Below are positions 25,561 through 38,490 of a DNA stretch of 51,802 nt, in pieces. Positions within the stretch are counted from its first letter, which is position 1, and each line of letters starts with the position of its first letter. Made by a program: the position numbers and the translations under genes. A model generated the notes under the pieces. That model was not told the origin of the DNA. It worked only from the letters and a program-made list of their open reading frames with translations, and ran no database searches. Origin of the DNA: Asterionella formosa (taxonomy: Eukaryota); assembly GCA_002256025.1 (NCBI GenBank), contig NKIB01013769.1:1-51802 (forward strand), in the 5' to 3' direction.

Positions 25561-27729
25561 TAAACAGGAGTCATTACCAATTTTTTAAATGGACGAAATC
25601 ATAAAATTATGTATATAGACATATTGACCAAAATTCATATGGCCTACCGGTAGTACTGTATACTTGCTGGGAATTACTTCTATCATGGAAATACCACAAT
25701 AATGCAGCGGAAAACTGAATATGCTCATGTGTCTAGGATCATTTGATCATATTTTTAAGCTCAATTAATCCTGATTCTTGAAAATAATTTTGATCTTTCA
25801 TTTTCTCATCAACGACACAGTTCATCATATGATCAATATGTTATGATCAAAGGTATAGGATAAACAAATCAAAATTGATTGATTAAAGATCATAGTTTAT
25901 ACCGGAGTAGTTGCTCATGCATGCAACCCCTTCCCCCCCTGTATACAGTATGGAAGTGATAACCCCCAAGCTACCAAATTTTTATGTCTTGTTAGAATTA
26001 TCGCAGCATGCATGCATACATACATGACTCCTACTGGTATATACAATGCGGAAATGATGACCACCAGACTACCAATCCTATTGGTCCTGTAGAGTTATCG
26101 CAACATGGCTGCATATCTAATGAAAGGTCGGGAGGAGTCATCCATGCTGCACCTTTATAGTATGAAATATGGAAAGGATCAAATATAGTCTACAAAAGGA
26201 ACAGTGCATCATATATGTCCTGCTGTTCTTATTTTAATTCCTATGAAATCTCTTGATCTGTTCTGCGCTTTTTCGCCACCACAGTTGTTTTCATTGGCTG
26301 TTTCACTGGACAGTATTCGAATTGATTGAGCTTCAAACGAAGAAATGATCAAAGTCCACCCCATTGCAGAATGGTGGGTATCAAAACTATGTATCAGCCA
26401 GTCGATTAAAATTGGACTGTCTTTTGTGCACCCTCGTTAAGTTTGTACTTGATTTGGCAGCTGCCCGCCAAGAGCAGCCATGGTATGCCACCATTTATTG
26501 TCTATACAAGTTTCGAATGCGTTCAGCTACTATGATAACTTTTGCTCCCCCCCTCCTAAACGCTATCTCACCACCCACCCTTGTCATTTTTTCTTCATCC
26601 TTTGGCTTCACAGACCCAGGTTACTCAATGCCTTCATCTGCAAGGAGTTCAGCCAATCAGGCCCACGTTGGCGTCAAGAAAACCTCAACCCCAATTTTCC
26701 TCACATGCTACACCCATTGACTTCGTCATTGATGATGTCAAGGTAGCTATATTGATGTCAGGTGGCGCAGGCTTGTGTATAGCTAGATTGATGATGCCGA
26801 AAGCATTGCTTCCTTTTCCGGTAGGTACCTATTTGTCAACATTGTTTGGGTCAATCTATTCTTGTTCCCGCAAGACCATTGTCAATTATCCCTTTACTTC
26901 TCCTTCCAAAAACCCTTATTTCTCTTTCATAATTGTCCTGATGATTGCAGAGCATTTTTATTTCCCTTTTGATTTTTCCACTGGTTTTGATCCCTTTTGC
27001 ATTCGAAACAAGAAACAAGCAACTCATTGAGATTTCTGGAGGTTTTGGCCAGTGGCACCATACAGCAACAATCAACAGGTCATGGCGGCTGTTCTCCATT
27101 TTTCTGTAGCAAGTGAAATTCAAGGAGGGTCTGGGATGATAATTGGGAAGAAAAATTAGTAGGATTCTCTGTGTTTGTCCCCGCCTGTTAGGCAGCCATT
27201 CTACCATTGCTTCCTCTCAATCAATACTAGATAGAATAGCTAATGAAAGCCGTAATTAGATGAAATGTGACTCCTGGTTTCTAATATTTTACATTGTTGC
27301 ACTACTGAAACTTGAATCCATAAATGGTCATTCAACTTGTGCTTCTTGCATTTTTGCAGTATAGACTGGCTGGTGTTCAATAGGCCAAAGTGTCTGCTTT
27401 TCGTGAACATCTACAAGGCACAAGTGCTTTTGTCGATGTTTGTGTCTAAACCCAACTGCTGCCATCCATTGAAATATTCCAGATACATCAAAGAATACGC
27501 TCCTGTCTTTAAAGGTAAGGAACTAGAACGATGACAAAGAAAATCTAATGAGACATGAAAATTACGAAACCAGAATCACTCTGTTACTATAAATAGACAG
27601 TCTCATGCTTCTTTGTGCATATCGCCTGCTAATGACAGAAACAGGATACTCACGTCTGAAGCGGGAATGAATGTGAAAGCAGTTGATCTAGCTACATCAT
27701 TCCTGAAAATCACAAAACAGAGGAGGATT

Positions 27730-28960
27730 GCGGGCCCCTTGCAAACTCATCCCACTTTCAGGCCATGCATGCAAGCCTGATCAACAACGGCACAAGAGTT
27801 CACAGCAGAGCAAGTTCGTCATTAAGAACTACCATACAAACAAACAAGTATGATTCCTACTTTCAAAAGAAACACAGACTATCAACACAAAACGTGAAGA
27901 GCATCGATTGGTAAAACCTCAAAAGCGCATATCTGAAACACGACCACAAGAAAACAGGCCTTCATTGAAAAATTCAATCATGGATGGCTTCCATTTGGAA
28001 TGAGAAGGAAGGAGATGATTGAACAGGGCAAGGAAGAGTGCCCATGCTGCTGCATTCCAGAACAACATGAACTTATGCTACTATGCCAGAACACAAAGGC
28101 AGTCTGACACCAGGGAGTTCGGGTCACAGCCATGACGACACAACTGCGTCGAAATCAGGGGGGACAGGCAACAACTACAATCTGGATTGGACTACTGAAG
28201 CACATCATGCAGGCAAAGCAGGGACAATACATACCAAAATTCCCTCCAAACACGCCAGACTTTACAGAAAAGCAACTTCATGAGGTGGTGGAACACCAAC
28301 TGGAACTGGGCGCCAACCTCACTCTTCGGGGATATATGATCAGGAAATGGACTAGAGCATTCTACACCTCCACAGGACAAAACCTTACAACAGAACAACA
28401 TGGACACAAATGGGCCAGAACGACAATATCGCAACTCTGGAAAGTCACCCACAGCGCCTGGACAGCGAGGAATGAGGAGAAGTTCACAGAGAAAAACACG
28501 CAACATCAGCCAATCTGCACAAAATGAAAGGATCAGGAGAATATACATGCTTGAAGGTGAAATATGCACCTGAGATAAACACATTTTTGGTACAGAGCTA
28601 CAAATCCTGCTGAAATTGAGAATGAGCAAAAACCGCAGGTTCTTGGAAAGAGCAGACTTCCAGTGGCTGCATCGAGAACTTTCGCAGCAACAGGCCAAAC
28701 AACACTAAGAACATATTTCCTCTCAACATTAACTCCAGGGCCAAACAACCATGGAACGCTCCAGAAGCACACCGAAGAAGAGCCCAGAACACAACCAAGT
28801 GAAAATATCCAGGTTTCAAACCCGAGCATCCACCCGGCGGTATCTCTAAACTAGGAACAGACCATAGAAGACCCAATTTTTTACAAGACTCCTACACGAG
28901 GGAGTGACCACCAAAATTCATCATCCAGCGCCCCAATCTGACTGGGCCATAGAGCGTAAT
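27730..28960 (+). mobile_element. Non-LTR retrotransposon fragment: ORF2 C-terminus and 3' region
   Basis: IDW...KFNHGWLP...CPCC zinc-knuckle-like segment, LRGYMIRKW, KWARTTISQLWKVTHSAWTARNE. Confidence 0.75.
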
Positions 28961-29747
28961 GAATACAATCCTATAGCTAGGCTAGTACTAATGCGCTCTA
29001 AAAATTACTGAAAAAATTAAAAAATGAACCAAGTACAAAGGAGGTGATATAGTTGATTGTTCATGGGCTTCTTACCCTCACAAATCTCTCCTAGCCCATA
29101 ATGATTCTCTACTGAAATAATCCGATGAAAACCATGCAAAAGACTGCTAAGTTCCTGCTCAAAATCAACTGTGAAGCCTGTGCCATTCTGAATAGAGCTG
29201 ATTGCTTATTCCCATAGCAGCTCTTGGAAAGCTGATCTTGTGTCCAAGAATGGCAAAGGCTCTGGAGCAAATTTGTTATCTGGGCATTTGCTGTAAGCCA
29301 TCCTGGTTTGTGTTCAACACACCAGCAAAAAGAGGCCAAACTGTCAGAAATATATGCCCAGCATGTACCCTTGTCCATCATCATCTTTTCATTGAATTCC
29401 TGTAAAGAAATGCAATGAGGATGAAGAGGGACATCTGGCATCATGATGGTGAGCATGAAGGGATGAGGATGCAACCAGGAATGTGCAAATGAGCAATAAA
29501 TTTGATATGAATGTGCATGCAAAAATTATAGTAGTTATTACAATGATTGTTATGTACCATGCTTGTACTCACAGAAATCGTTTATGTTATTTTATGTTAT
29601 ACATTAGAGTGAATTTTGGGCGGTGCAATTCTAAATTATGGTTACAGCCACGTATGTATCACAATTGTACTGCCAAAAAATGCGCATGTTCGCTCAATCA
29701 GGATTCCGTTTAAAAAATTAGCCTTCAGTAGAGAGCTACTGTAAGCT

Positions 29748-29920
29748 AGTACTAGATATTTACCGGACAATCGTCCGATATAACGCCGTGAAGGTGTTCT
29801 TCACTACAACTTCAACCGAAAATCACTAGCTTCACCGTGTTCGTCTTGATGAACAATAGTTTTATCATTTTCTCAAATACCGGACGATTGTCCGGTGGAG
29901 GTACACAGAATCCTAGTACT
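29748..29920. mobile_element. Small MITE-like inverted-repeat element
   Basis: Perfect 16-bp inverted repeat ACCGGACAATCGTCCG (29762-29777) / CGGACGATTGTCCGGT (29881-29896), with outer TAGTACT on both sides. Confidence 0.5.
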
Positions 29921-30296
29921 TTGTCCGGTTGAACTGAACTGATGGCAAACTTGTGTACAGCCAGGTGTTAAACTTACCGGCATGCATAAGCGTTACTCTG
30001 CCAGTTCGAGCCATACTAATGATTCTAAACTAACAGTACCAGGTGCCCTGGTACCGGGGTACTGGTGCCTAGTACCAGGTACTGAGGTACGCATCTGTGG
30101 AAGTTCCGATAACGGTAATTGTGCTGTAACTCAAGCTTTAGCTATCTTTACCCTATATAGAAACAAAGAGGTATCGGGATCTACTGGGCATATAGGTAGA
30201 ACAAAATAATACCTCCGTTAACTGTACAGTAGTGCATAAAATATCCAGTTGTCATCCCGAATTTTATAGTCGTGTGAAGGACGAGCAGTGTAATCA

Positions 30297-30819
30297 TAGA
30301 TGTCGCATTTTTACGACTATATTTAACCCCTAATCAAGATTCCATAGAAGTATGAACAACGACAATTAGTTTGTACATGAAAGTCAGTACAAAACTAACG
30401 TTGAGGTATTTCTTGCATTTTGAGATGTGGTGCCCTCTCCGAGAATAGTGTCGCTAAAGTTTTCTCATCTATTTCTACAAAACATAGAAAACTTTTATCT
30501 ATTCCAAGTTATCAAGCTAATCACCGCGGACTCAAAACTGTCGCTACTTTGGTCATATCTTCAAAACTCAGCAAATGACGACCAAAAACAACTTCCAGCG
30601 GCGATTTCAACTATTTGTTCTTGTCAATACTAGTGCAAAATTTTTTATTATTCAACGATAATCTCGTCTATGTTAGTCTACATACACTTGCGAAACAGGA
30701 ATTGTTCATTGTCAATATTTGTGAAGATATTCAGACCAATAATTTCGTCATGGTCAAGATGGATTTGCTGTCTTATTGGCCCCATACCACCGGCAGCAGT
30801 ACAAACACACATTAAGTAC
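30297..30819. repeat. Dispersed repeat C, copy 1
   Basis: TCAAGATTCCATAGAAGTATGAAC...GGCAGC..TACAAACACACAT homologous to 40446-40920 and 45947-46458. Confidence 0.9.
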
Positions 30820-30824
30820 CTTAA

Positions 30825-32038
30825 GGTTGCTGCATTTGAAACCCTAGGCAAAAATTAAAATATTGCTTAGGGTTGCGAAAATTCCCTGGAATTAAGACTT
30901 TAATTAGCTATTTTTGAAAGACGTGATTCCATTTGAAATATTTAAATCAGTGGAAATTTGCGAATACGTACATAGATTCCTTGTCGAAATCGCTAAATAT
31001 ATATATAAACACTCTTAGTCGCTGAATGTATATATACGCTAAAAATACGATCGACATGTATGCATGGACACTCTATACTCCGATAAACGATATTATTTGC
31101 TATGCATTGAATCCATTCGACATATTCAAATCGTTTAATACTTATTAATATATATATTTAGATTCTATATCGCTTGATGTGCATATACCAGTACTACAAT
31201 CTATACCCCGATCAACGACTATGGGTCATGTATACGACCTGGCAGCTCGGCAAATATTTAAAAGTGCACTCAAGGAGCGGTACGCGTATGTCCAATGATG
31301 ATCATCTACTGGTACCCGTCGTGAGTATAGTACCGGACTGTCAAGACACCCAAGAAAATGTTACATGTTCATCCAATGTGGCCGGCGTGGGTTTGCAAGA
31401 CCTCGCAAACCAGGCCAATCAAACAGAGGAATGTAATTCATGTTCACCAATCATATTATATATGTGGAAGCGGGCACTTACAATGGAATTTTTTGGATAG
31501 GAGATTTTGGGACTAAAAACTCGGGCACACGACTACCATTCCGATGATGACGTTTCGGCACATAATAATTCTGATTCCTATATTTTGGCGACCGTAGAAA
31601 AGGCCGATTTTGTCGAGTTTTTGGACGACGATAGCTAAACGTTGGCTGGGTCTGACGGCGCTTTAGATACATCGGTAACTTTCAAATGGCATCAGTATAT
31701 AACTTCTGGCGAGAAACTGCAGAAAGGAACTTCGTTTTTTTTACTATACCAAATAAACAGATTTCCCCCGAATTTTCGAGTCTTTTTAGCTTAGTTGAAA
31801 AACCGAAGTTCCTTTCTGCAGTTTCTGACCAGATCCTATATACTGACGATATATAGAGTGGACCTACATCCCTACTTTGTCCGAAGACTGTATGTAAGCA
31901 TATGGAAAGGGTGTGTATTGGTGAAAGCTCCGTTGAGCGTTATACATATTTGATTTATATGTGGAAAGTATGTATTTGATTAGTCTGACTGAATTTTTTT
32001 TAACCCTACCTCGAGCTAGGTGTTCAAATGCAGCAACC
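30825..32038 (+). mobile_element. Non-autonomous Kolobok-like TIR element, copy A2
   Basis: TTAA|GGTTGCTGCATTTGAAACCCTAG ... CTAGGTGTTCAAATGCAGCAACC|TTGA; collinear with A1. Confidence 0.85.
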
Positions 32039-32040
32039 TT

Positions 32041-32387
32041 GATGTAGAATCTGAATATATATATTAATAAATATTAAACGATTTGAATATGTCGAACGGA
32101 TTCAATGCATAGCATATAAAATCGTTAATCGGAGTATAGAGTGTCTATGCATACATGTTGATCGTATTTTTAGCGTATATATACATACAGCGACTAAGAG
32201 TGTTTATATATATATTTAGCGATTTCGACAAGGAATCTATGTGCGTATTCGCAAATTTTCACTGATTTAAATATTTCAAATGGAATCACGTCTTTCAAAA
32301 ATAGCTAATTAAAGTCTTAATTCCAGGGAATTTTCGCAACCCTAAGCAATATTTTAATTTTTGCCTAGGGTTTCAAATGCTGCAACC
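32041..32387 (-). mobile_element. Inverted near-identical copy of the left ~347 bp of A2, ending in TIR plus TTAA
   Basis: Reverse complement of 30825-31171 with few substitutions; ends ...TTCAAATGCTGCAACC|TTAA (32388-32391). Confidence 0.92.
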
Positions 32388-32391
32388 TTAA

Positions 32392-33060
32392 GGTTGCAGC
32401 CCCGCAGTTACAAATTGTGAGGTCCGTTTTTTCCCAATATAATTTTATGATGTATGTCAATCATCACATATCACGTCCAAGTGAATAAAATAGTTTAAGG
32501 TAAAATTAGCTTTCACCATTACGACCACTTTGCATATGCTTAGATACTGTCATTGCGCGACTAAGGGGTATGATCTATGTACAGATATGGTAAGGACCTT
32601 TCTGGAGAGAAGTGGCAGTTATGTATCATAGATTTGTAACTACCGCAAAAATAGTCAAAAAAAGGGGCTACGAAGCTTTTCAAAAAATCTACGATACATA
32701 ACTGCCACTTCTCTCCAGAAGTTAACTCCTGACGTTATAGGGTACATGGCTATCTATTTTGATCTTCATGAAACCCTGCAGATGTAGAGCAATCCTCCTC
32801 CGAAAAGTCGACCTGATCGGCTTTTTCAACAGTCACCAAAATATTGGAATCGGCTTTTGTTGTGCAAAAACGTTCTCATCGACTTAGAGTCTTGCATAGG
32901 TAAGTTTTGCTGCATAATTCTCAGTCCGAAAAGACTCCAGGGTAAGTTGCCACATAGACACATATTCTGATTGACTGAATTGAATTTAATCACCTGCTCC
33001 AGATCGGCTTGAGTATCCCGGTCTTGTAAAATTACGCCTGCCATACTTGAGCCACATGTA
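32392..33060 (-). mobile_element. Divergent subfamily (B1) of the TTAA element in reverse orientation; may extend to ~33640
   Basis: Begins TTAA|GGTTGCAGC. Reverse complement aligns to A (TAAGCATATG.AAAG..TGGTGAAAGCT; ATTTTGGTGAC.GTTGAAAA). Highly similar to 38491-39165. Confidence 0.8.
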
Positions 33061-33749
33061 GTAGATGCTCTTTGTACCGGTACCTGTTAGGTAAAATAAG
33101 TACTACCGGTAGTTTCATCATTAATCAAGATTATGTACTACCAGTATCAGGTACCCTGGTACACCGTTACTCCGGTATTGGTTTATATACCGGTATGTGC
33201 CTTTGAGTGTAGAGTAACATGCCTTTTGGGGGTAGACTAATATTAAATCTACAGACAGCAACTAAGATTCAATATAAACGGATAAAAAATATCATGAGTA
33301 CATTTAGGCATACTCCTGATTTATATATGTGTTTTGGTGTGGAACAAAATTATCTCTACAAACAGCAACGTAGATATAGCAAAAACGTTTAAATATCATT
33401 TTCATTTGTTTGAATAGTACAAAATTTGTTTATAATTTTCGATTTTCATTTTACTAAGTAAAAAGGGTCTTTGAAAATTTAATCATTAAAATAAATTATT
33501 ATTTTTTGCTACATATATAGTCCAAAAAAAGTAATCCCGAGTTCCTCGGACTAACTCATTATGCATTTTCGGACACTTTTATGCAAAAAGTTTAATGGAC
33601 CCAGTAATAAAATTAATTTCGGAACCGGGATTATGCATGACCAGCCCGGATATTAATAATATGACGTATGTTTACAATGTACAGGGATGGGAGCTCGAGG
33701 ACGATATTGATGTAAGTGCCCTACTAACTAAATATAATGTAGCACAAGA

Positions 33750-34920
33750 AAAATTACAAAGAACCTCTAGAGTACACAAAGAACCTCCAGACCTTGTACT
33801 CTTACCGATGTGAGATTGCCTCACCACAGATGGACAATGAATGACGTTGTATAAGTTGAAGTGTGAGCAATCAAACGAGATGACTATCGACGTGCATGCA
33901 TCACAGAACACCAGCTTTCTTTAAAATTCTGGAAGGAGAAAAAATATGGAGCAACCTTGCCCACAGACAAGTACACGGTACCCACTAGTAGAAATGTAAA
34001 AGCACTATAGTGCAATAGTTGCGTCAGAAGTGCACCAGTAACGATTTAGATGCATCACTAAACAAAATAGACAATGGTGATAGAAAATTCACAAAGTTTT
34101 TTCTCCCTCTGTGACTGGATAACTCCCTTCAACAGCAACAATAGACAAAACAGCTGATGATTGACTTGGAGGTCAATGTCAAGGAGTTATCACAATAGAA
34201 TAGATTGCGAACAGTTGAAGATGAAGATGAAGTACGCGCAAATTGACAAATTGAAAAGTTGAATTTTAATTGAATTGCAAGAGAATAGATTGGGCTCATA
34301 ACCTGCAATGAAGGAGGAGACGAGGGAGATCGACAAGGTTGATGAACAAGGAGACGAGGGATGAGAAGAGTCCGATAACTAACCTGACAAGCTCAAAACG
34401 AGATCGGATGGTGTGTTTTGAGTGATTAAATCAAGTTGATATAGAAGAACAAGAATTAGGTAAGATAGGTACTGTCAGACAAACAGACATATATTGACAC
34501 ATTGCAGAGAAAGATGATTCATCACAGTGGTCATCGTTTGCTGGGATTGTCCTGGACAGACCGGAGTGAGTGCGTTTCCTTGCTGCTCTGAAATTGTACT
34601 GGTACAGTCTCAATTATGCTTGCCTTTATAACTTAAGACACAAAAAATGAAGGATTAACACAAAAAGTTCCACAGTGGGCAAGCTTGTGAGTGTGAGCAA
34701 TGCAATGCCTCAGATATTATGGACACAATATTTTTTGGAGACTCAAGGGTAAAATGGTATGGACTCAATAATCTATCAGGATAACCAGAGCGCAATATTG
34801 TTGGAAAAGAATAGCCACACTTGTCATATCAATTTATGATATTTTTCATGACTGATCGAATTGAGGCTAAAGAGGTATCAGTTCAATACCCTCCTATGCA
34901 AGGGATGGTTTCAGATATGA
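33750..34920 (+). mobile_element. Ty1/Copia remnant with RNase H at the 3' end
   Basis: 34670-34918 reads AMPQILWTQYFLETQG...IYQDNQSAILLEKN...TDRIEAKEVSVQY. The upstream boundary is a guess. Confidence 0.75.
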
Positions 34921-35280
34921 TGGATTGTATACAGCCAGAATAATGGCATCACAGCTCATTGATATATAAATAGCACCTGTCGTTTTCAACTTTGCCAATC
35001 ATGACATGGCCGATAACTACATGTGAGTAAATATTTTACGTTCTAAAAGCAATATACATGTTTTCGACAGGAGGAATATAAATGTGTCCCTGGTGAACCT
35101 AACAAGGTCATCTTTATAAATAGGTAAATATAAATAGTGTTGATTAGGACCTCGCATTTTCCGCAACCCAACCAAATGAGCATCCAAAGCCAAGGATCGG
35201 AATTAGGGGTTATAAGAGGAAGAATCTACAGGGGTTACAATTGCAGTTCCACAGACTGAAGCAAAAGGTGCGGAAAAGGG

Positions 35281-37662
35281 CTAAGCGGAAGGCTGATAAC
35301 TTGGTTGAACGGAAGGACTGATACTTGGATAAGCGGTAGGGTTAATTGGCTGTATTGACTGTTGGATAGGTTGGTCTGTAGGATTGGGTTGCTGGGTGTT
35401 AGGTTGGTCTGTAGGTGGCTGTGTGTTAGGTCGGAATGGAGGACTGCTATGCATACTTGGCTGTATAGAAGGTAGGTCTGTAGGATGAGCGGGCTGTGTG
35501 GTAACGGGATTGCTAGTTGGCTGTGTGGTAGGTTGGTCTGTAGGATAAGCTGGCTGTGCGGAAGGTTGTTCTGTAGGATTGCTAGTTGGCTGCGTAGTAG
35601 GTTGTTCTGTAGGATTGCTAGTTGGCTGTGTAGTAGGTTGGCCTGTAGGATTGTTAGTTGGCTGTACGGTAGGTTGGTCTGTAGGATTGCTAGTTGGCTG
35701 TACGGTAGGGCTTGGACTTGGCTGTGTGGTAGGAGGAGGCTTGATGGTAGGCTGGGTTGTAGGAAATCTAGTTGGCTGGGTGGTGGGCTCAGTGGTAGGT
35801 TTGCTCGTGGGCTGGGTTGTGGGGAATCTAGTTGGCTGGGTGGTGGGCTCAGTGGTAGGTTTGCTCGTGGGCTCGGTTGTAGGAAATCGAGTTGGTTGGC
35901 TGGTCGGAACAGAGGTAGGTTTGCTCGTGGGTTGAATGGTAGGAAAGTTGGTGGGTGTACTGGTTGTTGGGGACGGAGTAGATGGCGGAGCAGCAGGACA
36001 CGTAGAAGCCTGATTAGTCAAGCGAATTGAGAGGATCATATATGTTGGTGCTGTGGAAGTGGCAGCCACCATTTCACAAGCTTCAATGATGTACAAGCTG
36101 ATCACAGCACTTTGCGTAGCCGAGAGCGCGCTTAGCATCGATGATTCAGAAGTGCTACTTGGAGCTGTCGCAATCGTGACCATGTTTGCCTTCTCTTGCA
36201 CTTGAAAGTTAAATCCAGCCGCGAGGTTGTACTGAATGTAAAGCTTATCAATAATGATAAGAACATATTCATTGCGAGACGATGGTGATGCATTGGCATA
36301 ATCTACGAAACCCACAAGTTTGCCAGTCCAGGCTCCATTTGTTGTTGGGTTTACAGTGATTTGTTTGTCAGCATACCACCCAAGGACATAGTTCTTGTGC
36401 CCATTGAAGCACATTGCTGGTGATCCAGTTCCAGAGTAGGAGTAACCCATCATGCAGCTCTGGTCATCGTACGAATAACCATTCTCATTGGAGTGTTGAA
36501 GACCTAAGTTATGTCTGTTAGCAATGGATTAGAGTGAGAAATAAGAAAAAAAGAGCGGTCGAAAATTTCATGTGAAATGTGCACCCTTGGACTTACCCAA
36601 TTTCATGCATTTTTGCACTGAGACTCGAACACCATCCTGCAATAAAAGATCAAGAAATAGAAGAGGATAGGTAAGCCCTTTGGATGAACATGTTGGAATT
36701 TTTGAATTACTGAGACTGCACTCACCATTGTTATAATATGAATATTGTCCTGGTACGTATGCATAGGCGAGCCAATTTTTCGAACCGCCTGTATAGAAAG
36801 TCGTGCCGTATGGCATGCAAAACATGATGTTGGAGAAAGTGTTTCCGAGGTCAGCAACACCAAGCGAAGCCTTAACCGCAGTTATCATGGAGTTTTCAAG
36901 GTCAAAGATGTTAGTGTTGTTGACGGTTGCAGGAAGTAGGAGGTCAATAACTCCATTTATCACCTTATCTGGGTAACCAGTTGCAGGAACAAATGTCAGT
37001 TTCCCAGCAGAGCATGAGCTATACTGGGAAGCCATAGAGTACTGCTGACCTCCAGTACCAAAGGTTGCATTTGACAGGCTTGTAGACGAGGCGGATTGGG
37101 TGGATGAAGGGGCAGTGACACGAACAACAAGGACTGATCGGGATCCTGTTTGAATTAAATGACGGTCACGATTGGAGAGACTTGCAACAAGGTGAATTAC
37201 AGCATTTGGTGGAATAACAATGTAGTCTGGTTTTCCAAAAGCTGTACGAATGGCAGAACCACCAATGATGCAAATACTAGAGACGCCTGTGTCCAGCTTT
37301 TCCTTATGTGCAACGACAAAAGCGGTGGGGAGGTTGATAGAATATGCCATCTCCGATTCTCCATCACCCTCCTGGGTCTCGTCAGTTATACAGCGGTAGG
37401 TCGATGAGGGCACTCGATCAGCCATCATGACATGGACGACTCCAACGTGACAGTAGAGACATCCTCCGACTTGCTTTTCAACTCCGGGAAGGCCCTAAGA
37501 TGAAGGGAATGGCGAGAATAATGTTATTTCCTGTTTCTATACAATACTATAATGATTAACAAGCATAAAGTGGAATAACGGACTTACCGACTCGTCCTGT
37601 GCAGTAGCGAGAACCAAGAGCAATGCCAATGCTGCACAGATGAGTGGGTATCCAATTTTCAT
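35281..37662 (-). CDS. Secreted M11 (gametolysin-like) metzincin metalloprotease with Pro/Thr/Gln-rich C-terminal stalk; 4 exons (37662-37588, 37494-36726, 36636-36597, 36514-35281), 705 aa
   Basis: Signal peptide MKIGYPLICAALALLLVLATA; three GT-AG introns (93, 89, 82 bp) splice in frame to give HEIGHNLGLQH, Met-turn DQSCMMGYS and CFNGHKNYVLGWY; PTxxPT repeats. Confidence 0.92.
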
Positions 37663-38490
37663 TTTTGTTTTGCTTTCTCGGTTTTATGTATTTTTTTTGT
37701 GAGCGGGAATTCATCGATTTATGGTCAGGAACAAAAATGTACGATGGTGTTACGATTTCTTAACATATTTGCCGGTGCGATACCACGTATGTGATTCGGT
37801 GAAACTTACAATAGTCATTACTACATTCGCAGTTGCCGATTGTCTTTTGGGATTAATGACCACTCTAAGTATTTTGAAACTGGGCATGCCAGTTCATAGA
37901 TACCGAACCTTATCGATCGTGTCGGACGACAATCAGTACCTATTCAGTATACTGGACAATTTCCTACCGATTGTCGTCGGACATAAGCAATCAACAAGGA
38001 TACTTACCGGTACCTGGTACCTCTCCTCTCCTTTCGACAAGCTGTCTCTATTACGTTGCTGTCGGTACCGGTTTGAGGTTTCTTACATCGTCCATGCTAG
38101 TACCGGGATGCCCCTGTCGGGTCATACTTAGTTGGTCATTATAGCCAACTCTACTACCGGTATTGGCACATGCGACTCGAGGATGACTTTTTAAGGTGGT
38201 ACCATTTCACATACCACTGATCACTCTTGTAAAAGTATGAAATATGTGTCAATTAATTATGTCTCAAAGACCAGAAACTGCTTAGGTTCCTGAATTGTTG
38301 AACCCAGGCAAAAATTTAAATAATAATACATGGTACCGGTAGCGTATTTTATTTTACGGACAAGGACGGACGCGATGGAGTTACACCAGACGGTGAGGAC
38401 CGGACAATGGCTGGATGCATCATGAAACTTCATTGGGTAGCCATCGTTGCTACCAGTACAAAATAATTCTAGCTTTAAGTACAACATAAT

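Noticed and set aside
26364..27207. Possible transposase remnant (FLPNYHP resembles Tc1/IS630 FLPxYHP)
   Set aside because: A single short motif with no supporting DDE context; too degraded to call.
29109..29522. 137-aa minus-strand ORF
   Set aside because: Looks like decayed TE coding sequence, but no family motif was recognised.
32826..33044. 72-73-aa ORF conserved in B1 and B2 (also 38930-39151)
   Set aside because: Conservation follows from high DNA identity between the copies; the peptide is not conserved in the A copies.
35485..36030. Plus-strand ORFs of 181 aa and 118 aa with Cys/Trp or Val/Gly repeats
   Set aside because: Antisense shadows of the Pro/Thr repeat stalk of the M11 gene.
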